A stretch of DNA of 63,114 nt, filler included, from Collodictyon triciliatum (taxonomy: Eukaryota): assembly GCA_043381765.1 (NCBI GenBank). It is 5 parts of 5 records of this genome, joined end to end, with 100 filler letters (N's around TTAATTAATTAA, not from the genome) between each part and the next. Parts side by side here need not be neighbours in the genome. Positions count along the whole stretch, not along the records: positions 12,621 to 33,563 come from JBHJMP010000472.1; positions 33,664 to 53,878 come from JBHJMP010000473.1; 3 more parts are not named here. One strand, written 5' to 3'. Made by a program: the position numbers and the translations under genes. The notes under the pieces are model-generated. The model ran no database searches. It saw only the letters and a list, made by a program, of their open reading frames with translations, and had not been told where the DNA came from. Below, piece after piece: positions 14,701-35,148 of this stretch (positions are counted from its first letter, which is position 1; each line of letters begins with the position of its first letter).

Positions 14701-15247
14701 CTGCTGTGGGTCTACGGGGATATCTATATGCTTTTTTTTTCTACTCAAAAATGGCATGCCAAAAAAGAAAAGAAAAAAGAAAAGAAAAAAGAAAAGAAAA
14801 AAGAAAAGAAAAAAGAAAAGAAAAAAGAAAAGAAAAAAGAAAAAAAAAAGAAAGAACAAGTGAGCGCGTCTCCAGCGGGCCTTAAGTGCGGAGCTTCGAC
14901 TTTTGATACCCCAGCAGGCAGCCCCACAGAAGAAGAGATGAGTGATACTTCATCGAGGGAAGAAAACAAAGGGCGGCGCGCTTGAGCACACAAAAGGGAG
15001 ACACCAACTTGCAGGTCGGCACACAACAACACAACGCCTTCACAAGTTTTCTTTTCGGCAACGCATCCCTTTATTTCTCCTTGCTTGCTTTTTTTTTTAA
15101 ATCAGAAATGAATCTGAGAAGCCCGGCGGCTGGGTGGAGTCGAGTTGCGCCAAGAACAAAGGCGACCCGGCTTCAACGGAGCTTCTTCGGAAATCCTTTA
15201 GGGGAGAGAGTCAGACGGACACATATTGCCATTAGGGGTAACTTTCA

Positions 15248-15703
15248 AAGAACAAAGAGCAAAGAATAAAGAATAAAGGGTAACTTTCAAAGAACAAAGA
15301 ACAAAGAATAAAGAACAAAGAATAAAGAACAAAGAATAAAGAACAAAGAACAAAGAGCAAAGAGCAAAGAATAAAGAATAAAGAATAAAGAACAAAGAAC
15401 AAAGAACAAAGAACAAAGAACAAAGAACAAAGAACAAAGAACAAAGAACAAAGAACAAAGAACAAAGAACAAAGAACAAAGAACAAAGAACAAAGAACAA
15501 AGAACAAAGAACAAAGAACAAAGAACAAAGAACAAAGAACAAAGAACAAAGAACAAAGAACAAAGAACAAAGAACAAAGAACAAAGAACAAAGAACAAAG
15601 AACAAAGAACAAAGAACAAAGAACAAAGAACAAAGAACAAAGAACAAAGAACAAAGAACAAAGAACAAGCAACACAACACAACACAACACAACACAACAC
15701 AAC
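15248..15703. repeat. (AAAGAAC)n followed by (ACACA)n
   Basis: Direct inspection; source of the SLFFVLC ORFs. Confidence 0.97.
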
Positions 15704-15909
15704 AAATGCATATGTATCGACAAGTATAGATGCAAATTACAACATCCTATCTAGTACAGGCTGTTCAATTAATCGCCCTGCGTGCAAATTACCAAAAAAT
15801 AAAATACAATAATTGCAATAACAAATATATACATAGACAGGGATGAAAAAAAAAAAAAAAAGAGAGAAGAGGATAGGATGCGCGCATATTCAATACCAAC
15901 CAGGGAATC

Positions 15910-17108
15910 TTAAACTGGAGGGTTCATCCTGCGATCTTCGAATTCCTTACGCTGTTTCTCTCTCATGCGCTTCATCTCTTCCTCTGAGGGACGGCGGGCA
16001 TTTGGGGGTATGTTGTTTCCAAACTGGCCGTTTCGGAACATTCTGTCACGATGAGGGTCATGCGGATGTCCTGGAGGCATGGCACCTGGCCTATCTGGTC
16101 TCCCGCCGCTCATTCGAGAATACTTCTCCTGTTGGATAGCTTTATACATGTAAGTGTTTTGCGGCAAATTCACTTATTATTTTTTAGGTGCAATTCTTAT
16201 AATTCAAGAGGTAACTTACTGCCAACCATTTGACGCTGAGATGACAGCGTAACGAGATGATGGATTTATCATTAATATTATTATTATTATTATTATCAAT
16301 TTTAGTTAATCTATGATATGTTAGATTTTGTGTATTTTCATCAATTTTATAAAGTATTAGAGCGGATGTGACTAGAAAAGTAAAAATAAAATAAAGATAA
16401 TACATAGAGAGGGTGACCCTTATTAATCTTTCCAGACTTGTACATATCGTAGATAACTTTAAGATGAGGCAGGCGCATACTATGTATGATTGGTTGTGTG
16501 CCATTTGTATGATTGCAGGCATAGAGATTTACTCAATTAGGTTAAATTAAAGCAAATATAAGACTAGTGAGAGAGAAATCCACACATGTCATCTTCAGTG
16601 ATCTCGAGGTCGAGCAGGTCTTCCATCGGCTTTTGGCGGTGATGCATCTTGTCCGTCAAGTCATCATTGTCAGGAAAGTCAGGATAGCGTTGTCGCCTTT
16701 TATCAAAGTCATGGGCAAATGACCTTCTTCCTACACATTAAAATTGATCTTTGAATAAAAAAAATAATACTTTCTTGCTCGGCCTCGATATATATATAAA
16801 AAGAGGATAAAAGCTTGCTCCTATAGAAGATGCAAGACTAAAAGAGGTAACAAAGAAATAGCTGTTCTATGAAAATAAAGGGAAGAAAAAGAGGAATTAA
16901 AACAGAAAAAAGAATACTAATATAAAAAAAAACTTGATTCAGGGAGGTCCTCGACTGGTTGTTCATCGACGCGTGGATCATCAAACTCTTTGTTGCGAAG
17001 ATCTTTAGGCTCTCTCCAGTCCGGTTGTCCTGCTTGTTCACACAGGACCGGCAGGACGATGCAAGACACAACAACAAGGGCGGCTGCCAACTTCAAGAAC
17101 GGGCGCAT
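15910..17108 (-). CDS. Secreted low-complexity protein of unknown function (exons 17108-16934, 16730-16586, 16479-16458, 16235-16220, 16139-15910)
   Basis: Signal peptide MRPFLKLAAALVVVSCIVLPVLC. The frame to the last exon is restored by two GT-AG-flanked microexons of 22 and 16 nt. Confidence 0.7.
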
Positions 17109-17188
17109 TCTTTAAGCTTCGAAATAAAACTCGGTCACTCTGGCGATAAACGCAGCGTTTGATAATAAATAGAAACTAGCAAGGAACC

Positions 17189-17472
17189 AAAAACAAAACA
17201 AAACAAAACAAAACAAAACAAAACAAAACAAAACAAAACAAAACAAAACAAAACTAAAAACTAAAAAATAAAAAACTAAAAATAAAAAACTAAAAATAAA
17301 AAACTAAAAATAAAAAACTAAAAATAAAAAACTAAAAATAAAAAACTAAAAATAAAAAGAAAAAAAGAAAAAAAGAAAAAAAGAAAAAAAGAAAAAAAGA
17401 AAAAAAGAAAAAAAGAAAAAAGAAAAAAGAAAAAAGAAAAAAAGAAAAAAAGAAAAAAAGAAAAAAAGAAAA
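17189..17472. repeat. Compound (CAAAA)n/(TAAAAA)n/(GAAAAAAA)n repeat
   Basis: Direct inspection. Confidence 0.93.
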
Positions 17473-17956
17473 ATAAGAACCATAAGTAAAAAAATAATGA
17501 TTCTGTAAGAAGTCGCCAACAAAGAAAGGCGACATAGGGCCCATTCTCCCTTCGAGCAATCACCTCCACCCACAAAACACCCGGTGTCCTTCCTCCACGA
17601 TCGGCCTTCCTTCGCCGCCATTTTCTGCTTCGCGCGCTCGAGCTCTTGCAAATCACCTCACAAAGAGAACGGGACGGCATTCATTGAAAGCGCGACATTC
17701 CGTATTCGCTCGCGAATCTCTGCCTTTTGCGGAAGCCAAGGGCGGAACGAGGCCTTGAGCACCCCCGCACGCAATCTAGAGGCTCTGCGCTGCAGAACAG
17801 AAGTGTTGACAATCCAAACTCGAATAGATTGCACAAGTTGCTTTTTTTTTTTTAATTCGTTTCAATAACCGGGAAAATGGCTAAATACTTTCCTAGGACC
17901 GAGGAAGATTTACCAACCAGGCTACGTCGGCAAAAACGGGTTGCAGGTGCGGTTGA

Positions 17957-20900
17957 TTAGAATCGGGCTGGGCTGACGTATTCCCTGAACTCCAGATTGC
18001 GCTCCAGTTCAGCGCCTAGGATGAACCGTGTCGAATTCAGGGGAGTGGCTTGGTTAGATGGAGATTTATCACCGCATAGCATAATATCGTTTGTTCTAAG
18101 GAAATGTAAACAAAACAAAACAAAAAGACAGAGATTCATTCATTTATTTTTTCTTTCTTTCTTTTTTTTTTTTTTTTTTTTGAGATACAAAAAATGGTAG
18201 CGGTATGATGCAAGAGAAGCAAACACAAACGTTCACGATACTGCTCGCGGAGCTGGTTGTTTGAGTAGTATATGTTCTGGTCGTTGCGGTGGGTGGAGTA
18301 GCTTTGTGAAGCATTGCCATAGCCAATAAGTCCCTATTAGATTGTTGGTTTAGGTGATCCAGCAAGACCGATATTTTTTTTGGTGGGATACTTTTGACTT
18401 GACCGGGCGCGTCAGTTCCACAACATGGACATATGAATCACCGCCACCAGAGAGGTTGAAGCCATCGTCAGTGTCTATGTTGTTATTATGGGTATAGCTA
18501 TATTGAGTCAAGTTTCAAAGCTTATAAAAACAAAACAAAACAAAACAAAACAAAACAAAACAAAACAAAACAAAACAAAACAAAACAAAACAAAACAAAA
18601 CAAAACAATTGAAATACTGTAGATAAACAGATATGGATTGTCATCGGTCCCTTACCAGGGTTCAGAGGAACAACAAAGTAACTCGCACGGAAAACACCGA
18701 GCTATTCACGAGGCAGATGTACAAGAAAACAAACAGATATTAACAGATTATTTCACATTAACAAAGATAAACACATAGAATATGGTATTCAAGAGTCTCA
18801 TCGTTTTTCTATATGTTTGTACTGAATAGCATATTACTGGATCAGCACCGCCATTTCCTGGGACGGTTCCGTTGGGGAAGCGCCCATCTAGAGGAGAAGC
18901 GATTAAGACGAAAAAGAAAAGAAAAGGGAAAAGACTAAGCAATACACCAACCAACAAGGAAAAGCAAAGAGGATTAAGAGCAATACCATACGGCAGACGG
19001 TTTACATCACCCCACATAATGTCCAAGGGAAAGTTGCGCTTGTCTAATTGAGCAATTGCCTCTGCGTTCGTGGAAAAAAATGTTAAGAACATCATGGTTG
19101 TCGCAAAGAGAGCGCGATTATAAAGTACTATCAAACCAAATTAAAGCGTACAAAAACAAAAACAAAAACAAAAACAAAAACAAAAACAAAAACAAAAACA
19201 AAAACAAAAACAAAAACAAAAACAAAAACAAAAACAAAAACAAAAACAAAAAACACGCACCCAAAAAAAAACCACCAAAAAACAAATTGAAAGGATAAAT
19301 AATGAAAGACGGGTGGATTAGAGAGTATCCATAATTCTTGGGGAAACCCGATACAATTAAGACTGCATACCGTCCATGTATAAAAGTGCTTCTTCCACAT
19401 TGACCAGAGTGTTAGGTGTGTTAAGTGGGTCTCTTTGGGCACACACAATAAAAAGAAAAAGAAAGCACATTCAATTTGTAAATACCCAACATTCTTTATC
19501 ATAATAGCCCTAATACATGATCAGTTTGTATGATTAATTGTATGATAATAAATTTCTTTCGAATACTTACTCTGGATTCCATGGAACCTATATACATGTA
19601 AAATAATCAAATATAATATTAATTCAATAGACTATTGCAATTAAACAAGTGCTATATCAATTAATATGCGGTCATGTCTAAATCTACCACTTACCGCGTA
19701 CATGCGACTGGTGTAGTCACCAGCCTTATTCACCCAGGCATTGAAGAGAACAGCACCTGAGTGATTTTTCAATGATGCAGTTCGTTTTCTCTTTATATAG
19801 AAGGAACAAACGCACAATATAGATTACAAATACTCCATACGAGATGCGGATTAAAAGAAAAAGAACAGGGCAACAGAGATGACACGAACCACGACTCGTA
19901 GCATCAACACGTCTATCCCAGGCACTCAAGACACGAGCAGCCTCAGCAAAGCGTGGGCTACAAAGGATTTGGTGAGCTCAACAGAAAAGCTATAGCACAT
20001 GGCTAAAAAATAAAATAAAATAATAATGATCGCGGCAAAAGCCCGATAGATACGAAGTTTATACACATTTACTTTGTATTATTGTTAACTAAGGCAACAA
20101 TCAGGTCATCTAGCATATGGCGGGTCATTTCAACATCCTGGTTGTGCTTCATAACTGAAACGTAAACAAACAATTCATTACATCCCATTGAATACAAGCG
20201 CAATTGTTTTTGTACTTGGATCTATCATTTCCAATAACAAATGGCGAAGTTGTTTGGGGTAGTTTTATCACTAAAAACATCCCATACCAACAAATTTATC
20301 GAAGCTTATGGCATCGTTTACAGCCAGGATGCGAGCTGAAGTCTGAGAACGATGAGACATCCGAGGGGAAGGCTATGTCAAGAACGAGTAATATGTTTAC
20401 AAAACACTTACATTTGAAGATACACGTCAACCTGCAATTGAAGAGGAAACAGATGGGCGTTTTAATCTGATAAATCATACAGCCATATACGCAGGGTACT
20501 TGGCGGGGTCCACAAAGTAGAGAGGAAGGGTGGTTGTCCATGGGGGCTCGTTAGCATTCTACGAATGGGTAATGTAAATGACAACTCTTTCTCATTTTTA
20601 TTACAAAAGAAAGATGAGAAATTATACTTATCATTATTGTTTTTTTAAAAGGGGATGCTAATTACAAAGCACTATTCACAGACAAGAAGGATAATATTGC
20701 GGCAGGTCCCACAGAATTTACCTGCAACCAACCGCTCGGGGGATTCTCAAAGTAAGGAAGTTCGTCCCATGGATGGTAGACATCTGGCCAGACATTGCGC
20801 GAAGAAGTGCCATCTTGTATCTTTGCGTGATTATAGTTATCTACTAAAGGAGGCTTCATAGAAGACACATGGAATATTGGAGAAAAGTAGACGAAGATGA

Positions 20901-23900
20901 TTCTTTTCATTTGAGAAGTGACTTCGAGCGATCTGTGCACCATTCACGAATGGAAATGTTACTTGGCCCCATGAGTCAAAGTCACCAGAAGAGCGCACAG
21001 GAATGAGTCCTACATGAAGCCGAAGAAGAGATAGGAGGAAAAAAAAACATGAAAATATGAAATTAAACAAATAAAAGTAAATTATAGCCACACCGCCACT
21101 GAAGGATGGGTATCTTACCATTGAAGGAATGCATAATATTTCCTTCAACATCGGCATAAATGATGGTGAACTAGGTTATGTACATGTAAGTTCTTCGTAG
21201 ACAGCATACAATATTATGAAAAATATTATTATTATTTTTTGTTAAAAATTGCACAAATTCTTACGTAAGGAAGCTGAAGCACTGTGTGGGTTACAAGAGA
21301 AAAGTGTTAAGTAATGATGCAAAAATCATATTATAAATAAAGTCTACTTTATCCAAAAACTTTAGAGGATTTACTGACGAAAACTCACGACGGCAGGCTT
21401 CCTTGAATTCATTCAGATTCTTAGCCAATCCCATCTGCCAAACCTTAATCGATTTTGATGGTTTTTTTTTTTAAAAAAAAAAAACAAATACAATAACCAT
21501 TAACAATAGTAACATCCAGGGGTGTGACAAACCTGTTTGGTGACATCAATCCAGCTGGTTTGCAGACCAGGAATACGAATGGCCTATCGTTGAGTGGTCA
21601 AAAAATGCACAATTCTTCATATTGAGGTCTTATGATAACAGAGTCCATTCAATCTATATAAGAACGCGTACATATGCCTTTAGGGGCTTTTCAGCCAAGA
21701 TGGGCCCATGAATAGATTCCTTGTAGATGAATTCCTCGTCGATATAGCTGTGTTTTACATGGGAAAGGAGAAGAAAATAAGAACACCTAGCAATAGATAT
21801 TATGCAAATGCATCAGATATACCTTCCATCGTCCTGGAGAACTTTTATGATATGAGTGCGTGTAACAAGCTACAAATAGAAATTTTTTTTTTTTAAAAAA
21901 AAAACGCAAATAGTGTGATGCCAACAACTGATATAAGATCACTTTTGTTCAGTTAGAAAAAATATATGTATTTATGTATAGTGGTATCAGTAACGAGGAA
22001 TTGGGAACTCAAATGATATAACTTTATCCGAATATAATATTACAGGGAGGTAGCGGTTGTCATAGAGATAGGAATTCCCAAGGATGGTAAGCTCATATGC
22101 AGTGTGCTAGGATAGAGAAAAAGAGTGCATTTGATCGAATGAACCAAAAATGACATGTGATTTAGTGTCTTGTTAAATTCATGATATTTATCTTGCGGAC
22201 ACGTACCACTTTAATCGTGTTGACTGTGTGCGTCCTAATATGTGATTTGAGTATGTCAATAATGTAATTCAATGGTACTGAAAAACGGTAGAGAAGGCAA
22301 CACCCCTAAAACATAAAATAAATGAGATAGGTACAGTAAATACTAACCATGATAGAAAATCGTTGATTCCAATCTGAATGACTGGTATGCCGATTAGGCC
22401 AGCACCCGTGATATCTACACCAGGCGCTATCTGCGCATTTTTTTAAGACAAGAATAAGTTTTGAAAAGTATTATCTAAGAGTGGCGATTGTTTGGAGACA
22501 ATAACGACAAGACTATGGATTGTATGAGGATAATTGACTAATTATAAAGGTATTAAAAGTCTCACCAAGTGTGCTTCATACCACATGAAATATCGCCCAT
22601 ATGGCAAGTGAGGATTAGCAACCTGAAGGGGTAGGAAGAGAAGGAATATATTTGCATTCGTAAATGAGCTATGGTATTTATTTATTTATTTATTTTTTTA
22701 AAAAAAAAAGTAAAATAAAAATTTATTTGGATACCCAATAAAGAAACAATTTACCAGCATAGCTTTCCCAGTATTCGTCTTGCGCGGTGAGCTAGACATT
22801 ATTAGACATCGTTGTTACTTTAAAATGCATAAACAACTATTCCTATGGTTTTACTTGCGTATACAGCAATACTGATAGAATAGACATTAGTAATGTTGAT
22901 GCTAAATTCATACATAGCCCATGCATTTGAGCCCGGTTTCATCCACTCAGGAATTTTACTGTTAAGAAGATCGAAGGTCTTGTTTGAAGAACTCTAATAG
23001 TTGAAACCAGGGATAATGAATGAAGTAATGATAATATAAAATACCGATGCATTCATCCTTTTTTTTTATGGGATAGCATAATGGCATGGTAATTAAGAAT
23101 TGTAAATGATCCGATAATATCATACACCAGGTGCCAACCAGGCCAGCTATATGTCAAAGTTATTGCACTTTGTTAATAATATCATCTAGAGTTGTCAAGA
23201 AATATATGCAATTCGAACATTCGAAAACGATGATGGTGTGCAGAAAATAACAAACGGATTCTGTTTCAGCATCAAGGCCAATAGCAAAGTAGAACAAGAC
23301 ACGAATGCCATGTTTGGCCATATCAAGACCAGTAACAGGTAAGAGGGGCTTCAACTATTTAATTTTTGTATAAATCAGAGGAATGTCTACAGATGTGTAG
23401 ATATGCAGTGGGTTGATAAATAGAAAGTCAAAATGGCTCGAAAAGATGAAAGAAGTACACGAGGGCCAACACGGTCCGGATATTTGGCAAAATATGCACT
23501 GAATCCAGCAGCAAAGTCCTCGAAGTAAGCTCTGTAGACAGGATCCATAGTTGGGTATTTGCTTTCAACGATGCTCGGGAGACCTTAACAGCACATATTA
23601 TTTTATTTTTTTGAAAGAGCGATTCATTAGACAGGGAAACATTGGGCACTTTGTGTGGAATAGGAAATATAGCTTTTCCAACTGGTTGGGGGTATATATG
23701 TCGCGAAAGATTCGGATACCGAAACTCAAGATGGCACGGTCGCTACGAATGCGTGCATTTCCAAAGTACCTAAGTTCAAAGTTATGTTAGCCTCAACTAC
23801 ATGATTTTGAACGAGTGGGACAATCACTGGAACCGGGTAAACGAGCGGAACTTTTACTTGGCTGACTCCGCCTTGGCTTCCATGACAAGTTCCAAGATGA

Positions 23901-24758
23901 GGTCGCCTATTTGGTATTTAATTAGGAGTATGTTTATCACTTTTTTATTTCATTTTTTTTAAAAAAATAAAGTAGATAATGATTAGAATCACAGAGAAAA
24001 TGATAGAGAAACCGCCAAGATATGTTTTTATGTGAAAATTATTGAATGGAACCATGGGAGTGAGCTTGGGCCCAGCCGAAGCCAAAGTGCTAAACATATT
24101 GACAAATAAGTGCATATATATTTCACATAGCCTACCAGCGAATGTATTTGACGAGTTTAAATCTTATATATTTTGTTGATAAGTATGGACTGAAAGATGA
24201 GCGGGAGGCTAAAAATAACTCACTAAGCTTTTCATGTCATCTTGGGAGATACAAGAGAGCATATGAGTCAACAGTTAGACAGCGTAATCAGCCGATAATA
24301 TGTTAAAAAAAATGAATGTATATATTATTCTAGGAAGTAGAGTTGTTTATATTGCAGATAAAAAAAAAGGAGAGTCGACTCGGTGTTAGACACAGGTCAT
24401 ACCAGCGTAGATGTGAGGAATCCCTAAAGCAAAATGGCTCTACGTGAGTGGAGGTGGGCGATACACACAAATTTGAAATAAAGCTAAGGGAGTGAGAATA
24501 GTGAACGGGATATCTGAACAATTATCGAGTGAGAGGGTCGAAAGTATAAAAGAGAACAAATATTAAAAACAAAATAAAGACAAAGACAAAGACAAAGACA
24601 AAGACAAAGAAAATGTAATATAATATAAAGTTACCAAACTTGTCCCAAAGGATTTCTGCCCCAGCGAGGTTATGAGTATGTTCGACGTCGATTGGTATCG
24701 CTGTGGAGAAGACAGCGAGTCCCAGAAGGACAAAAATGACCGCGGGGGCGTTGTGCAT
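17957..24758 (-). CDS. Secreted Ntn-hydrolase, peptidase S45 (penicillin amidase / glutaryl-7-ACA acylase-like), many introns
   Basis: Signal peptide, then [40 protein letters not shown]; catalytic beta-subunit start PG-SNAWAISPRKTNTGKAMLVANPHL (Ser codon 22928-22930); WYEAHL; WGDVNRL; GGGDSYVHVVEL; GLIGYGNASQ; C-terminus RAELERNLEFREYVSPARF*. Confidence 0.9.
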
Positions 24759-25583
24759 TTCACCACTGCGTTAGTCGTGAAACCTTGCGTTAGTCGAATA
24801 TAATTTCGTTTGTCTTTTTTGTTTTGTTTTGTTTTGTTTTGTTTTGTTTTGTTTTGTTTTGTTTTGTTTTGTTTTGTTTTGTTTTGTTTTGTTTTGTTTT
24901 ATTTTATTTTATAACTCTGTTGGACTACTCCGATGCCGTGACAAACGGGGGACAATAAAACATGGCAGCCGCCACCACGATTATTCATAGAACCGATTCG
25001 CATTTGGAAAAGACGCAAAGTAGTCGTGGCACGACAAGATGCCATTCCATTCCAACACAAATATGGAAAATAGCTTCAGGTTGGCAGACGCTTCTGTTAC
25101 GAGCACGTAAAAGGGCACCAAAGCTTGAGTTATAGTGCTTATATCAATGTTTAATCAGTAAAACTACAAGACCGCACTATTTGCAGGGTCGATAGCAAGC
25201 CTCACGCCACACTTTTGGTTTTTGGCGACAGGCCATTTGGTTGATGGCAGTTTCCGAGGGGTGCACAAATGCTGACTCCCCGCATATCTCGTCTAGGCGT
25301 TCATAAACGCGACAATCTCAGTGTTTATATATTGACATTATTGAATATCAGTATTCCGACAAAAATAAAAATAAAATAGAGAGGGAGAGGAAAAGAAACA
25401 AAAATGACGAGTTCTTTACAGAGTACATTGCATACTTAAGTGTGCTGAAATGGACAAAATATAATCACAGAAAAGCTCATGTAAATTGCATGTATATAAA
25501 CATCCTGTGCTACACTTTATTTTTGGAGGGTTTATAAATGGCCGGTGAACGGTGACGTCCATTCCAGGAGAGTTCACAAAGTA

Positions 25584-33433
<7,850 letters not shown>

Positions 33434-33563
33434 AAAGAAAAGGCAACAGAAAATAATATTAGAAAAAAAGAAAGAGAAAGAGAAAGAGAAAGAGAAAGAG
33501 AAAGAGAAAGAGAAAGAGAAAGAGAAAGAGAAAGAGAAAGAGAAAGAGAAAGAGAAAGAGAAA

Positions 33564-33663
33564 NNNNNNNNNNNNNNNNNNNNNNNNNNNNNNNNNNNNN
33601 NNNNNNNTTAATTAATTAANNNNNNNNNNNNNNNNNNNNNNNNNNNNNNNNNNNNNNNNNNNN
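33564..33663. other. Artificial contig linker N-TTAATTAATTAA-N
   Basis: Same structure as 12521-12620. Confidence 0.95.
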
Positions 33664-33819
33664 AAGCAAAGCAAAGCAAAGCAAAGCAAAGCAAAGCAAA
33701 GCAAAGCAAAGCAAAGCAAAGCAAAGCAAAGCAAAGCAAAGCAAAGAAAGCAAAGCAAAGCAAAGAACAAAGAAAAATACACCAGATAATATTAGTGTTT
33801 TAATTAAACCAAAAATTAG

Positions 33820-34679
33820 GGATGGGCGCTCTCTGGGCACGGAGTCAAGTATTTCGAAGTGACTATTGTCGATCGGGGATTGGAAGGGCAAGAAACCACC
33901 ATTTGTTGGAATAATAGATTAGCAATAGAAAGATGATGACCACTTTATAAGAACATAGTAGACTGCATTAATTACTCCATACAGTTTATTTTGAAAGCTG
34001 AGCCCCATCAAGTGAAGCCACAATCATATATTAATTTTATATCAAAACAACTAAGACAGATGCATCGCTGTTGGTCTAATCCCTGAGAATTATGATGTTA
34101 AATCCCTCCCAGGCTGGGGAGAAAACTCTATCGGATACCACGCAGATGATGCTGGTATTTTCAACGGGAATGGGTTTGTAACCCATATTTTATCCATTTT
34201 TTTCACGATTCAATATTTGGTTTCGAGTTTATTTTTTTCCTACATTTTTTTCCAAACTTGATTAATGATATTGTAGCTGATGTTAATTCAGAAATCTAAC
34301 TAACCGTAATTATTATACGTGTTTATTTCAGATTAATTTGTTTTTTTGGAGCCATTTTTTTTCACCAGATATCGATGTCCCATCCATTTTTACTTACTGT
34401 TCATATATTCACAATAAAAATAGTAAAGCGACCGCCAACTTACTGCCGATCTGGTGTGAAAACGGCGCTGTGACGGGATGTGGAATAGATTATGACAAAA
34501 GATCAATATTCTTTACTCGCCAGGGAGTTCGATTGAACCAAGGATATCCAATCCCGAACGCGCCGATTCTCTACCCTGCTGTTGGGCTTCGCTCCCCCTC
34601 AGAAAAGGTCTCAGTCAACTTTGGAGAATCCCCGTTTGCTTATGACCCTGGAAATGTTGCTGCCTCAGAAATCTGGTGA
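33820..34679 (+). CDS. SPRY-domain protein (RanBP9/10/Ssh4-type SPRY), 5'-partial
   Basis: KYFEVTIVDRGLEG-CIAVGL, LPGWGENSIGYHADDAGIF, GAVTGCGIDY, IFFTRQG, LYPAVGL, VSVNFGESPFAYD. Confidence 0.88.
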
Positions 34680-35148
34680 GCTGAAAGCACATCCTCAATT
34701 GTGCTTATCTTGAAATGCATTTTTCGATTAAAGAGCCCTCCTTTCCGCACAATTGCCCAACACCAGCATAACCACATCAAAAGATACAAAGAGAGATAAC
34801 CTCGCTACACTTTGAATCGAATAAGGAGGGGAAAAAAAAAGATACAAAGAGTGGAGCAAACTGCGCGTACATGGTATGAATGCGCAGACCTTCCTATTTC
34901 GCGCATCATGTTTCAGAATGTGATGTAACCGATCACATTTGATCACAGCAACAGTTCGATACCTTCACGCGAGGGAGTTATATTGCCATTGGTTTTTTCC
35001 TTCTTCTCTTCTTCCTCTTTTCTTCTTTGAAATCAGTGGCACATTATCAGTCGAAGAGATAGCAAAGTCACAAAGGAGGCGGCTGGGTCGAAAGATAAGT
35101 AAACTTGACTCTGATTTCTTGCGCTTCGGCTCAGGAGAAGGGTCGGCG

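Noticed and set aside
14227-15703. Regular tandem arrays as CRISPR-like or repeat-protein genes
   Set aside because: No spacers, eukaryotic context, and the arrays are intronic or intergenic; the ORFs are low-complexity artefacts.
24962-25132. 56-codon plus-strand ORF upstream of the acylase
   Set aside because: No motif or splice support; probably promoter or intergenic sequence.
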